Of a stretch of 64,000 bases of DNA, positions 54,430-64,000 are shown piece by piece (position 1 is the first letter of the stretch; each line of letters begins with the position of its first letter). Source of the stretch: Octopus sinensis (lineage: Eukaryota). Location: assembly GCF_006345805.1 (NCBI RefSeq), contig NC_042998.1, positions 128,402,001 through 128,466,000 of the forward strand. Reading direction: 5' to 3'. The notes under the pieces are model-generated. The model had not been told where the DNA came from, made no database searches, and worked only from the letters and a program-made list of their open reading frames with translations. Made by a program: the position numbers and the translations under genes.

Positions 54430-55115
54430 ACTGGATGCTTTTAAATCTGCTTATTTTATAGAAATAAGACTTGGCAACTAAAGTGAGATCGCAGCCATGC
54501 ATGTCCGGCCCAGTTAAGAGTACCCCTGATGCATTGAGCGATATGATATGTTTGAGAAGACCTGTTGAGTCAAGTAAAACCAATATTGTAGCTGTGGCCA
54601 GTGCCCCCTTACTGGCTCTTGCGCTGGTGGCACGTAAAAAGTACCATCCAAAAGTGATCGACGCCAGGACTGCCTGACTGGCCCCCATGCTTGTGGCATG
54701 TAAAAAGCACAATCCTAACGTGGCCGATGCCAGTACCCACTGACTGGCTCCTGTGCCAGTGGTACATAAAAAGCACTATCTAAACGTGGCTGATGCTGGT
54801 AAACCTTGACCGGCTCTTGTGCTGGTGGTACGTAAAAAGCACCATCCAAATGTGGCCAATGTCAGGACTTCCTGACTGGCCCCCATGCCAATGGCACATA
54901 AAAAGCACTGTCCAAACATGATTGATGCCAGGCCCACCTGACTGGCTCCTGTGCCAGTGGCATGTAAAAAGCACCCACAACACTCTTGGTGTGGTTGGTG
55001 TTAGCAAGGGCATCCAGCTGTAGAAACATTGCCAGATCAGATTGGAGCCTGGTGCAGCCACTCAGTCAAACCATCCAGCCCATGCCAGCATGGAAAACGG
55101 ACGTTAAACGATGAT
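54430..55115 (+). mobile_element. RTE-tailed SINE containing a 66-bp minisatellite; inverted copy at about 54180-54420
   Basis: gttagcaagggcatccagctgtagaaac...gccagcatggaaaacggacgttaaacgatgat; other copies near 8975, 12325, 15655, 28385, 29258, 46500, 48760, 50575, 50785, 52045. Confidence 0.8.
54605..54975 (+). repeat. Six 66-bp tandem units
   Basis: taaaaag recurs at 54635, 54701, 54767, 54833, 54899, 54965. Confidence 0.92.
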
Positions 55116-55194
55116 AAATGCTTAAAACACATGAGGTATGAGGCAGTCTTGAGATGTGCTAAAAATAATAGCTGAACAGGCCTTAAATCATGCA

Positions 55195-55500
55195 CCAGAT
55201 TTTTTTTATTACATAATTGTATGAATTCCCATATGTAGAAAACAAATTTGCAAATATTTTCTGAAAATTCTCCAAAATAAAAAAGTTATGAGGGTTTATA
55301 TGGTGTGTGTAAAGTAGAATTCCGCCAATATTTCATTTGTTTACATTTGACAACACATGCAGTCACGCACAAAATGACAGCTTCCAAATCCAATTTTCTG
55401 ATGGTAAAAATTTTCAAACTTTAAACCTATGTAACTTTTTTAAAAAAAATTCTGGAAAAATTGAATTAGCTCCTGAGATTCAGCATGGAAAATTACATCA
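55195..55500. mobile_element. Decayed fragment related to the 30.8-kb MITE family
   Basis: aaaaagttatgagg, ctatgtaactttt, ttttctgaaaattc segments. Confidence 0.4.
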
Positions 55501-55879
55501 ATACACCAAATTTTAAAATTTTCACTAAACATTAAAATTTCCACACCAAATTTTAAAATTTCCACTAAACATTAAAAAACAGAAAAGATCCACATTTTCT
55601 ATTCACTGCTAAAAAGAGGAAGTTGATTTTTTTAATGAATCTGAATCTGTTACAACTTCAGTTGTTCTTGGCTCCCAACTTGAGAAATGTACAAATTAAG
55701 TTGGAGCCTGAATGCTGAAGCCACTTCTAGAACTGTCACTATCTACAAGTTAGATGCAATATGAGTTTGACATGTTCACTTATTACACTAAGTGTACCAA
55801 AGAATTTTCTGATAAAGTGATTCATCTCTACAGATTTACTTTTCTTCTCAACTAGGAAGCATTTGTACCTTTTGCTATT

Positions 55880-56720
55880 TTTGAAGAAATATGTCATTGA
55901 TTCTAACACTATTTTTTAGTGTAATGTCACTGTTGTCATTGTGTCTGCTGCTTGAAACGAAGTGGATCAGTTTTAAGGTGAAGACGTTTGTTTTTGTGAG
56001 ATCCATTTTCTAACTGTTGAAAACAGATGCATCTACAATAATTGAAATAGTGAGAAAGTAGATTCAATGTTGAGTCATCACTTTATAATTTCTACTGACC
56101 AGTAATCTGTCGCAGTCATGTTTGACATATGTAGGAATACAACAATGGCAGATCGAACTTGCATCAATATTGATGATTTTCATTGATATCCATAAAAGAC
56201 ATTGTCATCCTAGTATTGTATGCTTCACTTTGTTCAACCTTTCAATACTGAGGACATCTAGTATGTCTATTGAGCATGTTGTACTTGTGTAGAGATCATA
56301 CCAGCATTTCAGAAGTGACCACACCCAAATGACTAATGGTAAGATTGAGTATTGACTTTAAAGTTCCTCTTTGATCTCATATAAGAACATTTTTACTGTT
56401 CATGAATATTCCTCATTGCTATTCCCTGAAATATGACATCCACAACTGTCATTAGATGCTTAAACTTCATCTCATGAAAATTTATCTAACTAGTCAAGCA
56501 GAGGCATCTTATAAGATCACACATTATCATCCAACAAGAAACAATCAAATTGAAAGAGAATGGCATTGTCTGGGAAGTTCATATCCATACTGTCAAGTCA
56601 TGTTGCATTCTTAAAATTGAATGAGAATCTCATCTACCAGAGGCTCTTCACTCTGTTAGATTAAGTAGTAAACATATCCTGGAACTAATATTGTGCCTTG
56701 TACAACTACAAAGCCCAATC
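55880..56720 (+). mobile_element. Highly decayed Ty3/Gypsy pol remnant (RNase H to integrase)
   Basis: Fragments IIEIVRK*, FIISTDQ*SVAVMFD, IQQWQIELA, RLSIDFKVPL, HYHPTRNNQIERE. Confidence 0.65.
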
Positions 56721-56811
56721 AAATAAGACAGGTACCATATGGTGTCATACTTTAGTTGTTATTTAATACTTTTTTGTTCCAGAAATTAAACTTGATTCTT
56801 TTTTTATTGAC

Positions 56812-57085
56812 AAAATGGTAAAAGGCTATAAGAGCTAAACTCCAAGATGCACCAAATCAAATTAGGTAAAAAAAAAGAATGAAAAATATGGAAAAGCAAT
56901 ACAAAATTAATTAACATGAAAGAAATTAAGAAAGACAACAATAGACAGACACATAAACTCAATTTTAATGATGCACAAATAGAAATAATTAACCAGACTG
57001 GTTTTATATACAGAAAGGCTTTCTGAGTCTTCAGATAAGTATAGGTAATAGTGATTAATTATTTACAAGATCTATTAGACATTTA
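56812..57085 (+). pseudogene. Decayed duplicate of NOP16 exon 5 and its 3' flank
   Basis: caagatgcaccaaatcaaatt...aaaaatatggaaaagcaatacaaaa...ttaatgatgcacaaat matches 50080-50290; frameshifts; acceptor AG lost. Confidence 0.85.
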
Positions 57086-59376
57086 TAGATGTGTAGACAG
57101 ATAAAAAATTACTTCATCCAGGTTTGTTGATAAGCTACAACTACATAAAGCTGCTTTGTTGTTGAAAAACATTGTTTTGGATTTCTAATTTTTGAAATTA
57201 TTCAAATATTAAGGTTAAATTTTATTAATAGCTCAGTTTTAAAACCCCTTAATAAATGTTTGTACAACATTCCAAATGGTATTAAATGTCTTGGGAAGAG
57301 GTGTTGATAAAAGAAAATGTAAGTCTCACTATATTCTAAAAATAAGCGAAAATATCTTATTGGGTATGTATTTGGAAACTTTGTAAACTTCATGACTTTT
57401 AGTGTCACAAAAAGACTGCACTGTCTTGATATCAATCATCTTTCATATTCAGCGATCCAATAATGCGATGCACAATTGCTCCCTGTGTTGAGAAAAATAA
57501 AATGAGAAGTTAATGTAATGATAATACAGTTAGATAAATTCATCATGCACACACACATTTTCCCCTCTTTTTGATTTATAAAACCATGTCAGAAATCTTG
57601 AGATTATCATCATCATTATTAAGATTATCATTATTATTATTGTTGTGATTTTTTAAGTATCCAAAAAGAATGATCAATTATTCAAAGAATAAAGCATAGC
57701 CTGTTGACATCTTTCCTTTTAACTTTGAAATTCCATTTGCATTCTCTTGTCATTTCAGCTAATCTCAATTTTTTTTTTATCAATTTATAGAATTACAAAA
57801 TTTATTATAAAGTTATTTATTAAAAGATAGGAGATTTTAGTAATACAACATTTAAAACAGTAAAAGGAATGAGATAAAATGAAATATAAAACACATACAC
57901 TTAAATGACATGCAGTTTTAATACAAAGAAAAACAAGTAGAATAAAGCAGCAAATATAAAGCTTTAAGCAAAAAAGCAGAAAAAAAAAAACATCCAAAAG
58001 GGTGTCTTTACTATTTTTTACAATTACTAAGGTTTAAAATAATGCAAGATTCAAGCAGTTGCAACTGAGTAATTTTAATTAGGATTACTTATATCCAGAG
58101 ATTTCCACCAGTCAAGAATATATCTGAGTATATAATCTAAAACCTGTCCATCCTAAAGCAATAAATAAATAACAGCAAGTCTAAGTTAATTTTAAGAAAT
58201 CTACCTTGTATATTTTATCAATGGAAATGCTATTGGATGCATGTATGTTATAATAGCTCTTAGTATGCAGATTAGGTCTTTTTGTCCAATTTTGATAGAA
58301 AAGGTAATTAATGACCTCAGAAATCAAAACCTCAAATTCCATTAGCACCAGGCCTTCTTGTCACTAGTTGTTTTGACTTACTACACTGATAACTCAACAC
58401 TTTAGCTAGCAACTGTTTCACAGTCAACAACACATACATCATAATTGCATTGCAACATTAAAACTGGAGGAGATACATGGGATGGAGTGTCATTGAAGAG
58501 GTCACAGGTGTGTGATGAAAGATTTCCAGACAATGGATATATAAAATAAGAATAATAAACAAGTTTTGCTTACATAATGAGTTAGATAAAAATTTTGTAT
58601 ATCACTAACTTGAATTATATAGTTCAGCTTAATATGTTTTTTTAAAACAGTGTTTGTAAGTTTAGCACATCTTGATGTGGTGGATTTTAATGAAAACTTT
58701 TTATTTTCTAGATTTATCAGTAAGCCTGAGTAAACAGGAAAACTAAAAGCAAAGACAATGCTTGTATTGAAGATATAGCTATGAATAAGAGGAATTTGAA
58801 AAGATCTATAGTAATTCATATTAAGTGAAGAATCTAGACATGTTTTTCATGAATTCTAACAGACCAGAAAAAGTAAAAATCTGTAGAAACGAATTGCTTT
58901 CTTCATTTCTTGTGAGAATCTGGTGGAATTACATCAATGAAGAAGGCAATCTCTGTATAAGATGTAAATTTCTTTACATTAACACAAAGCTTCAGAGTTA
59001 TAGGTGATAGAGAAAATTGGAATTTTTGACATTCATGCTAATCTCAAGATTTCAGCAAGAAAATAAAATATAGCATCACAAAACTGAAGGTGTTCCCAAA
59101 TGAGAAATCAAAACTATGGCTATTAATTGTATGTAGCTATAAAGTGTTACATAATTGTTTAATGGAACCTGAGTGGTACAAGAATCTGTATAATCTTTAT
59201 GTCTCCTAGATTTGTAAAATCCAAGTTGTTTCATATAATCTAAAAAAATTTTTGAAGATTTGAACAGTGAGCATATTACTAGTTTAATACTGAGGTGTTA
59301 GCAAAAGACATGCACATTAGTTGGTTCATCAACTTTAGGACATTCAAATGTTGACTTATTTATTTATCAAAACGAC

Positions 59377-59542
59377 AACCATAATAATATACATACATAT
59401 AGTATATTATTCAATGCATATAAGATAAGAATACAAGCAGTTATTAAAAAACATGAATATAAATTATTAATTTGATAACTGCTTGTATTCTTATCTTATA
59501 TGCATTGAATAATATACTATATGTATGTATATTATTATGGTT
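59377..59542. repeat. Perfect 68-bp inverted repeat with 30-nt spacer
   Basis: 59377-59444 is the exact reverse complement of 59475-59542 (checked base by base). Confidence 0.97.
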
Positions 59543-60239
59543 AATCAATGATGTTCTGTAAAGAAATTACTAATAATATCTGCTTAATAGCATATTCCCT
59601 TCACTCTTATCCTAGGCAAACTTCCTCACAGCTATCATCACAACTTCACAATGATTAGAAATAAGAAGCTCTAGCGACAAGATATAAATATATCTTTAAA
59701 GAATGGGTAATTTGTTATGTTATAACTTTTGAATTAGGTAAGAGATGCATGCAACATAGCTAAGTATGAAGAAACAATAATAAAAATATTTAATGTCAAT
59801 CTAGCATCAGACACATTCACTTGAATTATAATATAAATAAACTGAAAGGTAAGTTATAATTCCAGTCAGTTTGCAATGATTATTCAAATAGTAACAAATT
59901 CATTACTAAACATTTCAAAACTGATCAAAAGCTTGCAAAATTACTGGAATTATCTCTATTAATATAAAACAAACAAACATTACTGAAGTAAATGTTACAA
60001 AACTGATGAAATCATAAAGCTAAAAGACAGCAAAGAAAAGAAGGATGAATGTGCATCTTTTTGTTTTCCTTTTAAGGATAAGTCAGCATTAGTAATCTTA
60101 AAACAAAATGCAGCATGCCTAAGCAAAGAAATAAAGCAGAAATTAATATCAATTCACATTATAAAAATACACCTGTATAAATGAAGTTAAAAGACAAGCA
60201 AACATTTTCTTTAAAGCATTTTAAGCGTAAGTATTTAAA

Positions 60240-60291
<52 letters not shown>

Positions 60292-60338
60292 TCATGCAAG
60301 GTAAAATTAGGGATAATAACGGGGAAAAACCCATAAAA

Positions 60339-60545
60339 ATTGAGGCATATGAAATAATTTATTAGAAATCATTAAAAATTAAAAATAGCTGCAGGCAATT
60401 CTATTAGCAAGAATTTGTAAGCAATAATAAAATTAAGCTGAATATTGAGGCATAAGTAGTAGTTTATTAGAAATTATAGAAAGAGCTGCAAGTGATGCTA
60501 TCAACAAGAATTTATAAGCAATGGCAAAGTTATGCTGAATGAGAA
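60339..60545 (+). repeat. Degenerate ~105-bp tandem duplication
   Basis: attgaggcata...tttattagaaat...agctgca...caagaattt.taagcaat recurs with 105-bp offset. Confidence 0.65.
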
Positions 60546-63500
60546 ATGTCAACTTACAACACAACATTAGCTGGAATGCTCAATTGGGTGTACTGAAAAT
60601 GAACTGTGCTAGGGGTTCTATATACATTTAGATGGGAAGGAATTGATTCTATGGGGCAACTATGCGTGTGTGTTTATATATGTATAACAGATGGACAACG
60701 GATACTAAATGATGATGATGGTTAAGAATTGATGGTTCACCCACTTGGAAAACTACATAATTCAGTCAATGTTGTTTTGTGTTTTAATCTAGAAATATGT
60801 AAGCCACTAATAATCTATTCACAAAACAGTAGATTGAATTATATACTATCTCATACACAAAGTTATTTAAGTTTCATATGGTGTGCCAATTGTACACAGA
60901 GTACATTTTTTTGCTCTCACACACACAAAGATAGTAAGTATGTATTTCTCATCAATTTAGGAGCTTGTCCTTATTCATCCATATAAGATAGCTCCTACAA
61001 AAATTAGAGGTTTTGCAATAAATTCATCAAGTAACTTTTATCACATCCAAAGGACAACAACTAAATATAATCAAATATGAAACAATTTAGAAGTGAATCA
61101 GTCCTGACTTAGTGAATTTAGAAATAGTAAATGAAACCTTTTAAAAACTGACTTATCCCTTAAATCATTTTATTTCTATTAAGATTATTACAACTAGGAA
61201 ATGCAGTGAAAGAACCACAAAAATGTAACACCTTTTATTTTTCGATATGTTGTAGTTTATTGAAAATATCAGTTAACAAGAACAAACTTGAGTTTATACA
61301 AGTGACAACATGAGAAAAATAATGTTTCTTTTGTATACACATAACAATTTATCAAAAACAAAATAAATTCATGTAAAGAGTTATGTTAGAGAGTAATGAA
61401 AACTGTGACCTTCTGATTACGGAAAATATAATCTAAAGATGATGTTAGCAAATGGTTAATATGTCTCACATAACAGAGGAAAATAACATAAAGAGGTGGG
61501 GTGGGGGCACTGCATTATATGTATTGAGATTTTATTTGAACCTTAAAGTCATAGTATATAGATATTTAAAACCTAAGGTTGATTATATAAAAAAAAAGAA
61601 AAAAATTCAGGTTAAATGTTTTGCACTTCGTAAAACTGTTGTTCTATTATTATTATTATGACTAAAACTGATTTCATATTTGTTGTACGAGCGAGGATCC
61701 CTAGAAATGGCATTGATTTCACAACCCTTGTCAAGTAAGAATATCAAGCCAACTAAAATGTATGACAAAATATTTCTGCTTTATTTTTATAACATTCAAG
61801 AGGCTTTCTAAACTTAATGGAACCAAGCAAATATTCCAGTAATTGATACATTATTTCAATCAATTATTTTTTCCCCCCAACATTTGGTATTTTTTAAGGC
61901 ACAAAAGTCCATTTTTAAAAATTTATTTTTATAAGCAGAAGGGAATATAATCAGCTGACTAATATGCAAAAAGAATTTGAATATCAATATTTTGTTAATT
62001 ATATTTTACTAATTTCTATTATTCCATGATTTTCATTATTGTTTATCTTGAATTTTGACAAGAACACCGTTTGAGTAACCTTGGAATAGGTAAGTCATTG
62101 CAAACTTAAAATGATTTAATGTTAATACATTAACATTATGTTAATACATTAATATTTCCCCATATATTCCTACTAAAAAGTATCATCATATTAATTCCTT
62201 ATTACAAATCAATTTTCAGCAAGGAACTAATCATTATATATATCTCACACATACACATGTGAGAAAAACAGTGATTCCTTAATTATTTTTTACATAAGAA
62301 AATACTATAAAAAAGCTGTTAATAATAGATGCCTTTGAGAAAAAATATAAGCTAATGAAAACTATTATTTTAAACATTCGTTTAGGTTAGTAATTGGCCT
62401 ATGTAAAAAATAGCAAAGTAAATAAACATATAAAATCTCATATAAAGGGAGATTTTGGCTGGTTTTAAGCTCCAACAATCTTTCTTGAAAATGCTTCCTG
62501 CAAGGATGAAAAAGAGGAAGAAAAAAAAAACAGTTAATCTTCAGGAAAAAAACCAAACCAAAACAAAAGGAAATTTACCAAATGTACACATAATACACGT
62601 GTGAATGTATATACACACAAAATCATAGTGAAAAATTCAGATATATCTAAAATTATAGGAACCTGAATGTTCATTTATGATTGATTGTCGTGTTTTAATT
62701 TATAATTCTATGTGTGTGCGCGTGTGTGAGATGAAACATAAGAAAACTTATCTTTAACCAAATAAATAACATATATGTAACTTAAAAGAATCTTTGTTGT
62801 GTACCACGACTATTTCCTCAGGTTTTCATAGTGATAGGAATTTGGTTAGCGCTTATATTAATATGATGATTATCAAAAAAAAGGCAATGAGCAAACAGAA
62901 TTGCAGAATACTGGGCAAAACATTTAGCAGTATTTCGACTCTTTTCGTTCTGAGTTCAAATTCTGCTGAGGTTGACTTTGCCTTTCACCATTTCAGGGTT
63001 GATCAAATAGGTACCAGTTGAGCACCAGGGTTGATGCAATTTACTTACTCCCTCCTCTGAAATTGCTGACCTTGTGCCAAAATTTGAAATTAATATGATG
63101 ATTATTATATGACAATTAAGTATATTTTTTAAAACCATAATGAATGGTTTCTTTTGTCATAATAGATTTAGAAGGCTGTCTCTATAACTTTTTCAAGTGC
63201 AAATCATAATTCAAATAGTTACTTTGTTACCTATATTGGTGATAACTATCAAGAATGAAACAGAATTGTGCTTCATTTAAAAAAAAATATGCCACATAAT
63301 GTCTCTTATTTTGAAACCTGCAATAATTTGTTTGCATGTAGTCAATTTTATTTTTACCTTCAACGAAAGTTGATTGCTTGCTCATAAATTGTGTAGTTTT
63401 CTGACAAAATACAAAAACGTTTTTCTATCTAGACGAGATCAGTCACTAAATATCTTTAAAAAAACAGGTTTTATTATTCCTCATCACCTGCCATGCCATG

Positions 63501-63690
63501 CTGGTAATTATACAAATCTAACTTCTTTGAGCACACATTTTTGTGGCAGATGACTTCCGCTTTAAATACCTCAACAGTGGCATAAGGACAAGAAAATGCA
63601 AGTAGAGTAATGTATCCTTCAGAGGTGAATAATCAAACTTAATAACTTTGGCAGTGTGTAAGTGTATGTGAGTAGAAAAAGACACCTTAA

Positions 63691-63914
63691 CTCTTTAGCA
63701 TTTAAACTGGCCACATCTGTCCCAAATATTTTACCTATTTTACATTCAAACCAGCCAGATTTCACTCCCCCCCCCCAATATATATATATGCCCAACAAGG
63801 TCATGCTAAAAACAATCGTTAAAATCGCAAAGCTATGAGATAGTGCATAATTAATTCGAAACAATATGAATAAATAAGGATTACATTCGACAGAATAATC
63901 TGAATGCTAAGGGG
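63691..63914. mobile_element. piggyBac-type MITE with TTAA TSD
   Basis: ttaa|ctctttagcatt ... aatgctaagggg|ttaa. Confidence 0.75.
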
Positions 63915-64000
63915 TTAACTTATACATAATCTTTATAAATAGAGGATAATTTGCACATTCTTTACTCCTCCACACAAAAACTCTCTCTGCTTTGCCTATG

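Noticed and set aside
54605-54975. CRISPR-like appearance of the regular repeat array
   Set aside because: Whole units are homologous with no unique spacers; eukaryotic SINE context; no cas genes.
63612-63620. U12-type donor-like GTATCCTTC
   Set aside because: No associated exon or U12 branch site; all identified introns are ordinary GT-AG.

Overview
AT-rich, (TA)n- and SINE-dense eukaryotic DNA, most likely from an octopus (inferred from the tRNA-headed and RTE-tailed SINE families, not proven). Two spliced genes are transcribed divergently. DHX15/Prp43 lies on the minus strand: ATG at 32051, nine coding exons down to 793 (about 534 codons, all GT-AG, phases consistent), 17.7-kb first intron, 3' part outside the window. 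NOP16 is complete on the plus strand: five exons, 44402-50271, 200 aa. The roughly 12 kb between the promoters is a nest of mobile DNA: MITEs, a head-to-tail Helitron dimer, an 804-bp foldback element with 8-bp TSD inside an RTE LINE, Ty3/Gypsy remnants with LTRs, a mariner fragment, and a Penelope-like element (PLE) inserted in a SINE. The PLE is the most unusual object. It has an in-frame duplicated Zn-knuckle, a ~165-codon Ser/Asn/Thr/Gly-rich stretch between the GIY and YIG motifs, and a type I hammerhead-like motif at its 3' end. Downstream of NOP16 are a decayed copy of its last exon that preserves the pre-SINE empty site, a 66-bp minisatellite with 3-unit higher-order structure, and a perfect 68-bp inverted repeat. 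Repeat boundaries are approximate; exon boundaries were read from splice sites.
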